Shown: piece by piece, positions 1 through 12,370 of the stretch
Layout of the letters: each line of letters starts with the position of its first letter
How positions within the stretch are numbered: position 1 is the first letter of the stretch
The notes under the pieces: generated by a model
The model's database searches: none
Told to the model about the DNA's origin: nothing
Seen by the model: only the letters and a program-made list of their open reading frames with translations
Assembly: GCF_006345805.1 (NCBI RefSeq)
Contig: NC_043014.1
Location: 45,694,001 to 45,758,000, forward strand
Source: Octopus sinensis
Lineage: Eukaryota
Direction: 5' to 3'
Length of the DNA: 64,000 nucleotides
Translations under genes and position numbers: made by a program

Positions 1-123
1 GTGGTACTGCATAGTGAAATTTACCTCTTACCTACCTGACTCCTGCTCAAGTAATAAATACTACGAGTCAACCAGGAGTCAGAGTCAAACAGAGTGAAAT
101 GTTCTGGAATGGAAAAGACTTAC

Positions 124-219
124 CTTGTGTCTTCAAACTGAAGGTTTTTGAGAAGGATCCGTTACCGAGTTTATTCATAGCACGAACTGTGAATTTGTAT
201 GATGTATTGGGCAGCAAAT
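124..219 (-). CDS. IgSF exon: FN3 C-part
   Basis: Acceptor ctccttaaag, donor gtaagt; 96 nt; (D)LLPNTSYKFTVRAMNKLGNGSFS, matching the FN3 L.P.T.Y.F.V.A.N..G.G motif. Confidence 0.93.
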
Positions 220-543
220 CTTTAAGGAGAAGAAAGACAAAGAGAGAAAGATATAAAGAGAGAGAGAGACAGACAGAAAGCATACAGCTATTTTAATGTT
301 GTTAGGCACAGGAGTGGCTCTTTGGTAAGAAGTTTGCTTCCCAACCACAAGCTTCCAGGTTCAGTCTCACTGAACTGCATGGCTGGTCTTTTTTTCCCCA
401 AAGACCAGTCATGTTATTTATTTGAGTTTGAAAGATTGCTTGGAAGCTCCCAGTATGCAATACAAGCTTCATAGCATGACACTAACGGTAGCTTGAATTT
501 AAACCCTGTTTAGTTCTTTAAATGTGGTTAAATTTTGTGTTCT

Positions 544-650
544 GTGGTACTGCATAGTGAAATTTACCGCTTACCTGACTCCTGCTCAAGTAATAAATAC
601 TACGAGTCAACTAGGAGTCAAATAGAGTGAAATGTACTGGAATGAAAAAG
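544..650 (+). repeat. Direct duplicate of positions 1-118 (intron sequence next to the FN3 exon donor)
   Basis: gtggtactgcatagtgaaatttacc..ggaatgaaaaag matches 1-118 with small indels. Confidence 0.9.
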
Positions 651-1000
651 ATGGAGAAAATTTCTTGCTTTAGACAATTAAGTGTAAACAGCAAGTCAGC
701 ATCAAGTGTCCCCTAGCCAGACAGACAGTTGCATGCATTTTGGAGTAATTATCTCCTCTTCAGCATCAGACACTGGAAGTGGGAGGTACAATGGAATGAC
801 TAGAGATAGATCTCTCTTAGAGTAGATGGAGAAAATTTCTCGCTTTAGACAATTAAGTGTAAACAGCAAATCAGCATCAAGTGTCCCCTAGCCAGACAGA
901 CAGTTGCATGCATTTTGGAGTAATTATCTCCTCTTCAGCATCAGACACTGGAAGTGGGAGGTACAATGGAGTGACTAGAGATAGATCTCTCTTAGAGTAG
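650..1000 (+). repeat. 175-bp tandem duplication (2 copies)
   Basis: gatggagaaaatttc..ctcttagagta at 650 and 825, near identical. Confidence 0.93.
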
Positions 1001-1233
1001 ACAGAAATGGTCAAGTGATAAGATTGACTGAGAAAGTTAACAGGATTTTAAGATTTTGGTAAAGAAACGAAGATTCACAGAGAGAGAGAGAGAGAGTGAG
1101 ATAGATAGATAAATAAATAAATAGATAGAGAGGGAATTAATCTAATAAGGATGATGTACAGTACATATATAATCAGAAGCTTTACACAATAGATGCCAAG
1201 AGGTAATTAACAAACATTATTAACTACAGCTAC

Positions 1234-1431
1234 CTGTCACGTTGTAGTGGGAAACTTTGGTCTTTCCAACAAGCACCTCCCTATCAGTGGATCTTTTCCT
1301 GCTGTAGGTTAGGATTTTGTAGATGAGGAATGTCTGGTTCTCCCCGCCATCAAAACCAGGGGTCCACTGTAGGTACACAGATTCCCAAGTGGCTTCGATG
1401 CTTACTAAATCCTTTGGTGGATCTGGAACAC
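1234..1431 (-). CDS. IgSF exon: FN3 N-part
   Basis: Acceptor gttgcag, donor gtagct; 198 nt; VPDPPKDL..LQWTPGFDGGENQTFLI. Confidence 0.93.
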
Positions 1432-2233
1432 CTGCAACAACAAAAGAAGGCAACAATAACAACCGTCAATAATTTGGGTACATGACCAGCAATTTTGCAG
1501 TGAAAGGGTTGGTTGATTACATTGAGAACAAGATTAGCCTGGGTACTTCACTTTAAGCTCAAAGAAACAAAAGGTAAAGCTGACTTTGGTAAGATTTGAC
1601 TAGGAATGTAAAGAACAGGACCACAAATGTCCACAGAGCATTTTTTCCCCACCAATGCTCTAATTATTCAGCTAGCCTGCTTCCTCCTCAAAAACACAAA
1701 GTTACAAATTTTGTCGCAAGGGCAGCAATTTGAGGGAGGTGATGAGTTGATTACATCAACCCCAGTGTTCAACTGGTACTTATTTTATTGACTCCGAAAG
1801 GCAAAGTTGACCTTGGCAGAACTTGAGCTCAGAATATAGCAACAGGCTAAATACCGCTAATCATTTCATCCAGTGAGCTAACGATTCTGCCAGCTTGCTG
1901 TCTTCTTAATAATAATAATAATACTAATTTCAAATTTTGGCACAAGGTGAGGGTTTGTGACAAGAAGGGCATCTACCAATCAAAAATCTGCTTAAACAAA
2001 TTCCATCCCACTCATCTGATCAAGAAAGAGTGGGCATTAACCTTTAGCACACTGTAGGTGCATCGTGTCACCACATGAGTTTTCTCCCTTGTTGTAACAG
2101 AGTAGTCACAGGGAAAACAGTTCTAGAGAAAATACAGCATGCAAAAGGTTAAAATGAGTAAGAGTGTGTTTAAGAAATAATGACAATGTGTTAAATTACA
2201 GTTATATAGAAATTAAGAAATGGTATTACGTAC

Positions 2234-2515
2234 TTCTTTTACGGACATCTCGTATAGCTGTTATGCCACCAATGGTGTTATTCACAATAACAAGATAAAC
2301 ACCTAAGTTGTCAGAGACAGCATAAGGGAAGATTAGCGTAGAACGGAATGTATTGACATTGATCTCTGTTGTGACAGAAGCAATGGAAACCGGTCGGTTA
2401 TCTTTAAGCCAGGAAAAATTTGGTTCAGGGTAAGCTTCGATGTCGATAGACACATTCGATGCGGTTTTCAGAGAAATGGCAACAATTTTCTTCAATTCTT
2501 TGATGGAAGGTGAAG
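2234..2515 (-). CDS. IgSF exon: Ig7 (cysteine-free Ig-like domain)
   Basis: Acceptor tttgtag, donor gtacgt; 282 nt; IEAYPEPNFSWLKD..STLIF..DNLGVYLVIVNNTIG. Confidence 0.92.
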
Positions 2516-3094
2516 CTACAAATAGGAAATAATAAATAATAATAATCAATAAGTATAATATTAGAGAATTTGTTTAATATGATTGACTAACTCTTGCACT
2601 CTCTTAAAAAAGAATGTAGATCTAAATGAGCAAATACAAACATGTATATTCATGTAGTAAATGCATTTATATACTTAGAAATCCATTTCTAAGCCACAAA
2701 ATATACACAAATACAGAAAAAAAAAAAATGCATACAAATATAAAATGAATGTATTAATTCTCATAAAAATATATTTACATAAATCTTAATTATACATCAT
2801 TCTTAAGACATTTTGGGCTGACCAAAGCCTTGTGAGTGGATTTGGTAGATGAAAACTGAAAGGAGCACATTGTGTGTGTGTGTGTGTGTTGTTGTTGTTG
2901 TTGTTGTTGTGTCTCTGTCCTGACATCATGTGATAGATGTAAATGAATGTCAGCAGTATGCAAGTGGTATCCTTCATTTTTAGTCTTCCATATGTATTGT
3001 CTGCTTCAACAAATTCCACTGAATCCATTCAAGCATGGAAAAGTGGAAGCTAAACAAGGATGAGAATGATGATGATGACACTCACACAAATCTC

Positions 3095-3390
3095 TCAGTC
3101 TTTCCTTAAAATGCTTCAAAGCCCTGTCATCATCATCATTATCATCATTTAACATTTGTTTCCCATGCTGATGTGGGTTAGATGGCTTGACAGGAGCTAA
3201 CAAGGCTAGGGACAACACCAGGTTCTATTGTCTGTTTTTGGCTTGCGTTCTACAGCTGGATGCCCTTCCTGATGCCTACTACTTTACAGAGTGTGCTGAA
3301 TGCCTTTTACATAGCAACAGCAGCAGTACCTTTTTATGTATCACCAACACCAGTGCTTTTTTACATGGCACCAGCACCAGTGCAGTTTTT
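3095..3390 (-). mobile_element. RTE-tail SINE-like repeat, (GAT)n-tailed family
   Basis: Reverse of the ..gggcatccagctgtagaa..ccatgctagcatggaaa..gatgatgat family seen at 13060-13226. Confidence 0.7.
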
Positions 3391-3778
3391 AACATAATTC
3401 CTAGGTAACTAAAAAATTTTAAACTTCGTATACTGGTAGAATGTGTTTATAAAACATCTTTTTTCTCTTGGCTTTATTGAGAAAATTCTATAGTTTGTAA
3501 GATATTTGTTGTTTGTTTTTTTCCTTCAATTTCTGCAATTTCAACCAATCAATGACCGTCTATTGAGGTGAAAACATTCTGTGCCGTATGAATATGTCCC
3601 TCGTTTAAGAAACAGATTGGGTTTATTTACATTTGTGAAGAAAAAAAAGATACCCTTCCCCCCACCCCTAACCCTAAAACAGATTGAAATGCAATAGATC
3701 GATACTGGGGTCATAATTATGGGTGACAATTTCATATGACACCGCTAGAAAAAACTGCTGTTCAAACCGAAAAGATCC
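3375..3778 (+). mobile_element. Merlin-like MITE, left end truncated
   Basis: Right TIR aaaactgctgttcaaaccgaaaagatcc; body matches 29824-30225. Confidence 0.75.
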
Positions 3779-4120
3779 AAATACCAGGATGCACCATACA
3801 AATAATAATACTTTTGGTAAAATATGTCACGTTGGCTATTAAATCGATCGTGGGGAGGTTCATATAAGATTTTGCTATTGTTATCGTCTGCAGTGGGGCA
3901 GTCATCAAGGGAGGCAATTCTAGTTCACAAACATAGTTACTTCCCCTGTTTCTGAAAACTAATTTATTTCTTTAATAAATGGTGATGTCGACAACGTTAG
4001 GTTAATTCTAACGAAGGGGAACAGTGTTCATTTTTGTAGGAAGAGTGACTCACAACCAACATCATAATTTCATTGTCTCTTAAAGATACGAAAGGCGCGG
4101 CTGAATCTATTAAAAAAATG

Positions 4121-4531
4121 GGATCTTTTCGGTTAGAACGGCAGTTTTTTCCAACGGTTATATGAAATTATCACCCATAATTATGACCCTAGTATCGATC
4201 TATTGCATTTCAATCTGCTTTAGGGTTAGGGGTGGGGGAAAGGTATCTTTTTTTCTTCACAAATGTAAATAAACCCAATCTGTTTCTTAAACGAGTGACA
4301 TATTCATACAGCACAGAATGTTTTCACCTTAAATAGACGTCATTGATTGGTTGAAATTGCAGAAATTGAAGAAAAAAAAACAACAAATATCTTACAAACT
4401 ATAGAATTTTCTCAAGAAAGCCAAGAGAAAAAGATGTTTTATAAACACATTCTACCAGTATACGAAGTTTAAAAGTGTTTAGTTACGTGGAAATTATTTT
4501 TGAAAAACTGCCGGTCAAACCGAAAAGATCC
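4121..4531 (-). mobile_element. Merlin-like MITE with 8-bp TSD aaaaaatg
   Basis: TIRs ggatcttttcggtt..gaacggcagttttt / aaaaactgcc..aaaccgaaaagatcc; TSD at 4113-4120 and 4532-4539. Superfamily inferred from GG termini + 8-bp TSD. Confidence 0.85.
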
Positions 4532-5020
4532 AAAAAATGAATCTCTGCCTCTTCACAGGGAACGACATTGATACTTATACCTCCTCTTTGAATTAAAGGC
4601 AAGATGAAAAATAAAGCAATCATAGAGATTTCACCAAAAATATTCTGCAAATAGAAATGTAGGGGAAGTATCTTCCACTGAGACAAAAAGAAACAAACAA
4701 ACCCTCCCCCACACCAAATAAAAAATAAACCCAGTTCCATGTGCTATAAGTTATACAAAATAATGATGGTAGAGTCAAGACTATTGAAAAGGTTGCAAGA
4801 CGCAACGAAAATTTTAAGAGAATAAAAATATGAAATAAGTGGAAATTTTACCGGTGAGTGTGTTACATTATAAGGCACAAAAAGAAAATGGCTCTCCCCA
4901 GACACAACAGAATATGCTTCAACACACGAACTCATATAAAGAATCTTGCAAATCAAATCCAAAACCGAAATGATGGAAAGAATTGCATCAATATCTTAAT
5001 TTGATTAAATTTTTACTTAC

Positions 5021-5143
5021 ATCTAATTATCAATGAAAATGTGGATACTCTTTTGAATTTATCATTCAACGATGTCTTCACAATACAAGAATAGTTGCCA
5101 GTATCAGATGGCATCAGCCGGTTTGAGTTATCTTGTGACGGAC
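5021..5143 (-). CDS. IgSF exon: Ig6 C-half
   Basis: Acceptor ctttag-type tag, donor gtaagt; 123 nt; PSQDNSNRLMPSDTGNYSCIVK..FSLIIR. Confidence 0.92.
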
Positions 5144-5224
5144 CTAAAAGAAGGTGGGGGAAAAAACAACAAAAATCAGCAATGACAAAATGTATTCTGT
5201 AAATTAAAAAAAAATTAAACAATA

Positions 5225-5638
5225 TAGGCGCAGGAGTGGCTGTGTGGTAAATAGCTTGTTTATCAACCACATGGTTGCGGGTTCAGTCCCACTGTGTGGC
5301 ATCGTGGGCAAGTGTCTTCTTCTATAGCCTCGGGCCAACCAAAGCCTTGTGAGTGGATTTGGTAGACGGAAACTGAAAGAAGCCCGTCGTACATATGTAT
5401 ATATCTATATATATATATATATGTGCGTGTGTGTTTGTGTGTCTGTGTTTGTCCCATTCAACATCGCTTGACAACTGATGCTGGTGTATTTATGTCCCCG
5501 TCACTTAGTGGTTCGGCAAAAGAGACTGATAGAATAAGTACTGGGCTTACAAAGAATAAGTCCCGGGGTCGAGTTGCTCGATTAAAGGCGGTGCTCCAGC
5601 ATGGCCACAGTCAAATGACTGAAACAAGTAAAAGAGAA
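5225..5638 (+). mobile_element. tRNA-derived CORE-like SINE with internal (TA)/(TG) microsatellite
   Basis: A box gtggctgtgtggt, B box ggttcagtccc, core ..gggcaagtgtctt.., tail gaaacaagtaaaagag; many copies in the window. Confidence 0.88.
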
Positions 5639-6129
5639 TTTATTTAGACATTACTAACTTCCAGACCAGTTGCTCTCAACTGGAGTCCAAATGGCCCTTG
5701 GGGATTCATATAAAATTTTGCTATTGAAAATCATGCTCAATAAATTGGTTATACATCTACATTATGCAGGCATGGTTGTGTGGTAAAAAGCTTGCTTCTC
5801 CACCACATGGTTTCAAGTTCAGTTCCATTGCATGGCACCTTGGGCAAGTGTCTTTTACTATAGCCACAGGCCGACCAAAGCTTTGTGAGTGGATTTGGTA
5901 GATAGAAACTGAAAGAAGCCTGTTATGTGTGTGGGTGTGTGTGTTTGTGTTTGCCCCCACTTCCCATCACCATTTGACAACTGGTGTTGGTTTATTTATG
6001 TCTCCGCCACTTAGCAGTTTGGCAAAAGAGAATAAGTATCTACAAAAAAAAAAAAGTGCTGGGGTCAAGAGAGGTAGGTAAGTGGATGGGAAATTTGCAA
6101 CCAGGTGCAAGGCACAATTACCAAAGACA

Positions 6130-6142
6130 CCTGAGAGAGAGT

Positions 6143-6213
<71 letters not shown>

Positions 6214-6260
6214 CGAGAGAGAAAGAGAGAGAGCGAGAGAGAGAGAGAGAGAGAGAGAGC
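6130..6260. repeat. (GA)n microsatellite
   Basis: Visible GA/GAAA run. Confidence 0.97.
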
Positions 6261-6437
6261 AGGGGGCTCGTATGTATCATCTGGCACAAAATAGAAAGAA
6301 GAAAGCATAATATATTAAAAACTTTGAAAATAAGTGTGCCCTTATGATAGTCACACTGTACGCAATGTGCCATGAACGGATAAAGGTTGAAAATGAAAAT
6401 CATTATTTTATACAAATCAAAGAAAACTAGATCTTAC

Positions 6438-6641
6438 TTTCAAAATACAACATGCTGGTGACAATGTTGTTGTTGCTTGAGCTTTGCACTTTGAAATTGT
6501 GGCCAGAGACCAATTCTCCGTCCTTCCACCAAGTAATCGTTGGCGCTGGGTTACCATAGGCTACACATCTTAATGGACCGATACGCTCCTTCTCATTTTT
6601 TATCGTGTTTGAGGGTAGACCAGTGGTGATTTCAGGATATT
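6438..6641 (-). CDS. IgSF exon: Ig6 N-half
   Basis: Acceptor ttttcag, donor gtaaga; 204 nt; (E)YPEIT..LRCVAYGNPAPTITWWKDG..SMLYFE. Confidence 0.93.
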
Positions 6642-7390
6642 CTGAAAAGCAAATAAATGATAGTACATTATAAGTCAATGACTACTATTGAAGATTAGAG
6701 TTCCCAATTTGAGACAAGGAAAATGGAGACAAAATAAATGCAGTACATTATAATAAATCAATAACCAATCTTAACCATTAGAGTCCCCAATCCGAGAGAA
6801 TACAGTAACAAAATAAATGATTGCATAAGTAAATAACCAGTCTTAGACATTAGAGTATCCCAATTTAAGAAGGAAACAGTAACAAATCTACTAATGGAAT
6901 TTGAACCACATTTAGCTATATTCCTATATCTTTTATATGGAGGGAAGGCAGCACTCATGATACTACAGGGCTTCCATGACTGGTAGGGAGGGAAGAAATT
7001 AGGAATGGACCACGACCCCTCAAACCAAATACCCAACACAAACCCTTGCTACAGAGTTGTCTCTGCTAAAGACGCCACCTAAAGTACCATGTAGTAGCGT
7101 TAAACCAAGTGAAAGATGAGCTCTATCATCTGAATGGGCCAAAGTAAGATTTGAACTCAGAATGCAATGAGCTGGAACAAATACAGCAAGGCATTTGTTC
7201 TGACATGCATACCTTTTTGCTAAACCCCACCCCCTGAATTGTACTTTTTTTTTATTAACAGACACCCCAGTCCTTCCATCATGGATCATGTGAAACATCA
7301 ATGCATATTAAGTAAATGACTAAAATACTGATAGTTAAAACTACTACTATTTAATTTCATCACCTTACTAACTAGTTGACTAACATAAAT

Positions 7391-8217
7391 CAGGGGTTTT
7401 CAACTGTTTTTTTTTACCTACGGACCCCTTTGATTACCGTAAATCCTCGAGTATAGTCTGCCCTTGATGATAATACGCAGGGGATTTTTAGGGGGCTGTA
7501 CCTCTGAAAACCTAAACCTTGCATATAATACGCACCCCTTCTCTAACTTGAGTCAAGGAGGTCTATATAACATACTTGGTTTGTAAAAATATATAAGGTA
7601 ACATCCTTTATTATTATTGTATATATCACATAATGCAAACGTGTAGCTTTTTTGTGCATTTTGTTTGCAGAAAATAAAGAAATAACAGTAATAACGTTTA
7701 ATAAATGTTGCTTACTGCAAGTTATGGATGATTCTTTTATGACTTCATTGCTTTCAGGCTTAGCTTAAGGTATTTTCGCGCCCGACATCACGAAATGCAT
7801 CTGAATAAACATTGCCGGACAGCAAATAGAGACTCGGACATTGCTTAGAAAATAATTTTCATTTCTAACCTCGTATATAGAACACACTAGGGATTTTGAC
7901 CTTTAAATTTTTGGGGGGAAAATGCGGATTATACTCGAGGATTTACAGTACTATTTTATTCTGGTGGACTCCCATAGCCATTTGATGTTTAAAAACTTCT
8001 TCCAAAATTTCTTATTTCATTTTACACACATTAACTCGTGTAGGTTGAATTAAGTAAAATCTTAGACAAAGAAGCCAAGATACACATCTAAAATAATATT
8101 TTTTCAGGGGCCTAAAAGCGCTATTGTGGATCCCCAATTTATTATTTTGTTGTGTGGAACCCCAAGATTCTTATATGGATACAGAGAGGCCATATGGACT
8201 CCGGTTGAAAACCACAG
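7391..8217 (+). mobile_element. hAT-like MITE (8-bp TSD acataaat/acttaaat) hosting a nested element
   Basis: Termini caggggttttcaac / gttgaaaaccacag; uninterrupted relative at ~34245-34583. Confidence 0.8.
7437..7948. mobile_element. pogo/Tigger-like (Tc1/mariner) MITE, TA TSD
   Basis: TIR ccgtaaatcctcgagtata / tatactcgaggatttacag, flanked by TA at 7435-7436 and 7949-7950. Confidence 0.85.
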
Positions 8218-8400
8218 ACTTAAATGATTAATTAACCATTGCTTAGATTAAATGGCCTATTGAGTATACTCAGTCAATCAGCTGGTTTTTGTTTTGTTCA
8301 AGTCCAGAAATCACGAAGAAGACAATGAGACTGACAAACTGATTGACTGATTGAACAATTAATCAATGATTGGTTAAGGAGTTGATCAATAATAACGAAA

Positions 8401-9045
8401 AGTAGAAGGTGTTTATAAAACATCATTTTCTATTGGTTTTATTGAGAAAATTCTATAGTTTGTAAGATATTTCATCTGAAAATCCGAGCATTTTGGCAAT
8501 TTTAACCAATTGATTTCCTCCATTCAACTAAAATCATTTGCTGCGTCTAAAACTGAGACAACATCCTGTAACTAACCCTCAACCTAACTCTAACCCTAAT
8601 TTTTTTTTCTTAATTGTTAAATTAATTTAATTGTTACACGTGTAAAAAAACCGAAAGCAATGGAAAATAATTTAAACAATTAACATACAAAATTATAGAA
8701 TTATTTTGTTTGTTAATTGTTTTATTTTCCATTGCTTTCGGTTTTTTTTACACGTGTAACAATTAAATTAATTTAACAATTAAGAAAAAAAAGTTAGGGT
8801 TAGGTTGAGGGTTAGTTACAGGATGTTGTCTCAGTTTTAGACGCAGCAAATGATTTTAGCTCAAAAGAGAGCATAGGATTGGTTAAAATTCGAAAAATTA
8901 AACTACATTAAAACAAACAAATTACAATTTTCTCAAGAAAGCCAAAAGAAAAAAAATGTTTTATTTTGACACATTCTACTAGTATACGAAGTTTTAAAGT
9001 GTTTAGTTAACTAGAAATTGTCTGCCGTTCAAAAGCAAAAGATCC
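8401..9045. mobile_element. Foldback (long inverted-repeat) derivative of the Merlin-like family
   Basis: Arms ~8401-8695 and ~8702-8980 are reverse complements; ends in ctgccgttcaaaagcaaaagatcc. Confidence 0.8.
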
Positions 9046-9233
9046 CAAGTCTTTAAACAGCATACAAGGTGTAAAACCAAATTTTTTAAAATTGCGTATG
9101 TATTTAGCGTGTGTGTGTGTATATGCGCGCGAATGTAGAGTGCGAAGCTTATGTACTATGTGTGTGTGTGTACGTAGTCGGGCATAAGAGTTATTTCCCT
9201 TGTTAGTTTTAAACCGTTTAAAGAGTTACGTAC

Positions 9234-9407
9234 CTTTGACGTTTACGACTATAGCGCCCTGGTTGCTGCTCCCCATCTGGTTCTGAGCCATGCAAGTATA
9301 CCGACCACTGTCTCGAAGGCGGGGTTTGTCAATAGTGAGCGTTGAGGAGCTGTTTCCAATCGACTGACCTTCTCTTTTCCAGGCATACGTCGGCAATGGG
9401 TAACCAG
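9234..9407 (-). CDS. IgSF exon: Ig5 C-half (not in ORF track)
   Basis: Manual translation: long polypyrimidine tract + tag acceptor, donor gtacgt; 174 nt; (S)GYPLPTYAWKREGQSIGNSSSTLTIDKPRLRDSGRYTCMAQNQMGSSNQGAIVVNVK. Confidence 0.94.
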
Positions 9408-10299
9408 CTAAAACGGGAGGGGGAAAAAAAAAAAAAAGAAAAAAATCTTAGCCTTCTTTCTTTTTATTGGTGGCTTCAGTCTATTAAACTGCAACACACT
9501 GGGGCAGAGCCCTTAAAAAAACAAGTCTGCTTGCCAAACACATGGTTCTGAGTTCAGTTTCATTGAGTGGCACTTTGGGCAACTGTCATCGCACCAGGAC
9601 GAGATTTTTGAGTGGGTTTGGTAGACAGAAAATGAAAGAAGTCTGTCCTTTATATGTGAGTGTGCACACGCACACACGGTGCCTGTGTCTGGGGGTACAC
9701 ATCTGCGCCTTTGTGTCTGTGTTTGCCATCCATCACTGCTTGACAACTTAGTAGTTCAACAAAAGTCATCAATAAAATAAATACGTGGCTCTGAAGTTAG
9801 TCCAATGAAGGCTTAGCAACATGAAACATCTCAGTTACTTTTAACACTATTTTTGTTAAAGATTAGTATATGTAAGTATTACAACATATATATATATATA
9901 CTCTTCTACTTGTTTCAGTCATTTGACTGTGGCCATGCTGGAACACCGCCTTCAGTCGAAGACATTGACCCCAGGAATTATTCTTTGTACACCTAGTACT
10001 TATTCTCTCAGTCTCTTTTGCCGAACCGCTAAGTTACGGAGACATAAACACACCAGCATCGGTTGTCAAGTAATGTTGGGGGACAAATACAGACACACAA
10101 ATAAATAAATATATATATATATAGCTATGTTGATGCAAACCTAAGAAGTAGAACTTAAAATATGTACATCTTAATTACTATTTAGCAGCTAAATATTAAA
10201 CACACACACATATATACAAACACATACATATATATGTTTGACAAATGGGTACCACACAATTTGAATGGAAATCAGAAAATGTACAGATATGAAACTTGC

Positions 10300-10900
10300 A
10301 CTTTGCTTCTTCTCCATAACCAGTCTATAACCAGACTGATCCAGTTCTTAACTGTATTGTAACTTGCGATGTAAAGTGGATTCTGTACAATAATAAAAAA
10401 AACGTTCTTCACAGTGGCTGAACCAAAATGGGTTCTGGTAGTGCAGGGATTGGTATTTTCCAGCATTAAACTGCACATTATTGCCCTCAGCCCATCTGTA
10501 AATTGCATCCAAATCCTGCTGAAAGCATGCAACATCGCTAGGGTTTTGTATTTTCTGCAAGACTTTCCTATCGTCTACATAGCTAGCAAGGGTGGCTGCC
10601 CGGGCAGCTGAGGGCAAAATCTGAGAAGGTCACTACGAAAAGCAGAGGTCCCCTGTGGAACATCGCTCGCTATTTGTGTTTCCTTTGAGGTGGCTCCACT
10701 GGCCACTACTGCCTGACTTCTATCTTTCAGAAAGTCATGTAACCACTCTTCCAAGTTTTCCAGCTATGCCAAAATCATGCAGTTTGTGGCATATCATACG
10801 ATTATCAACTTAATCAAAAGCTTTTGCAAAGTCCAGGTATATTACGCCCACATTTGAGTTGTCGAGTGACTGCTTTAACACTCGGTCATCCTTCAAGATG
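10300..10900 (-). mobile_element. Degenerate CR1/L2-like LINE reverse-transcriptase fragment
   Basis: YLDFAKAFD*V, W..DFLKDRSQ.V, DVPQG, YVDD..K..QQDLDAIYRWA..NN.QFN motifs, with stops and frameshifts. Confidence 0.88.
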
Positions 10901-11003
10901 GTCACAGTCCAATGACTCTAACCAGTAAAAGAATACAAGAGAAACAAAACTGAAACAACAGACCCCCAAATTCAATACAAACAACATATTCTAGGAGACT
11001 CAC

Positions 11004-11096
11004 AATTATTAGGGTCCACTTTGCACGTCAGAGAAATTGGTTCTGCTCCTTTTATGGGTATGCTATTTGAAGTAACTTCTACATTGCCTGGTGAAT
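11004..11096 (-). CDS. IgSF exon: Ig5 N-half (not in ORF track)
   Basis: Manual translation: acceptor ttttcag, donor gtgagt; 93 nt; (Y)SPGNVEVTSNSIPIKGAEPISLTCKVDPNN. Confidence 0.9.
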
Positions 11097-11156
11097 CTGA
11101 AAAGCAAATATTAAGAGAAAATATTATACACATAATTATTATTATTATTATTATTA

Positions 11157-11590
11157 AGGCGGCGAGCTGGCAGACACGTTAGCGCGCCGGGCGAAATGCT
11201 TAGCGGTATTTCGTCTGTCGTTACGTTCTGAGTTCAAATTCCGCCGAGGTAGACTTTGCCTTTCATCCTTTCAGGGTCAATAAATAAAAGTACCAGTTTC
11301 GCACTGGGGTCGATGTAGTCGACTTAATTTCTTTGTCTGCCCTTGTTTGTTCCCTCTATGTTTAGCCCCTTGTGGGCAATAAAGAAATATATTATTATTG
11401 TTGTGAAGGCAGAGAGTAGGCAGAATTGTTAGCATGCTGAATGGAATGCTTAGTGATATTTTACCCATCGCTATGCTTTGAGTTCATATTCCGCTGAGGT
11501 TGACTTTGCCTTTCATCCTTTCAGGGTTGATAAATTAAGTACCAGAGAAACACTAGAGTCGATGTAATGACTTAATCCCCGCCTCCCAAG
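11157..11590 (+). mobile_element. tRNA-derived SINE (ctttcatcctttcggggtcgat core family) plus partial second unit
   Basis: ggcggcgagctggcaga head, gagttcaaattcc B box, conserved central motif; repeated throughout the window. Confidence 0.88.
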
Positions 11591-12313
11591 CTGCCCTTTT
11601 AAATCACTATTATTATTGTGTAATTACTTTTAGAAATTTTGTTGTACCTTGGGACGGTCATCGTGCCAATTAGATATATGTACTGGTTCCACTTCACTTC
11701 TTTTTTGATGAGGAAACTTGGTGCTGATGTTGTCTTGGGTTCAGTTCCACTTTGCAGCACCCTGGGTCAATGTCTTCTACTATAGCCCAAGGCTGACCAA
11801 AGCCTTGTGATTATATTTAGTAGTAGGAGTATGGGGCCATGTGCCGTAACAGAACATCATTGCATTCACTATTAGTTGATGACTCCCTACTACTTCTGGT
11901 GGACGACACCTTTGCACTACCCGTGCGACAACCTTCCAGCCCATGGATTTGATTGTTGCTGGTGGAAGAGACTTTTATGAGGTCAGAGTGCAAACCCTAC
12001 CTCAACCTCTTTTAGTTGCTTTTTATGCCAAACAGAGGAAACGTTGGGTCTATTCTTCAACATGCTGGTCCCCCAAACAGCACTAGAGCAACGTGGAATG
12101 TAGTGTTTTGCTCAAGAACAAAAATCGCAGTGCCCAGTTTAGGGATTGAACCCAGCATCTCAAGATTGCGAGGGCAACACACTGACCATTGGGATAAACA
12201 GAAACTGGAAGAAGTCCATTATAGCTGGGAGCGGAGGGAAATTATGTGTTTGCGTGCGTGCGTGTGTATGTATGTAGGGGGAGAGAAAGAGCGAGATTGT
12301 GTGTTTGTGAGAA

Positions 12314-12370
<57 letters not shown>

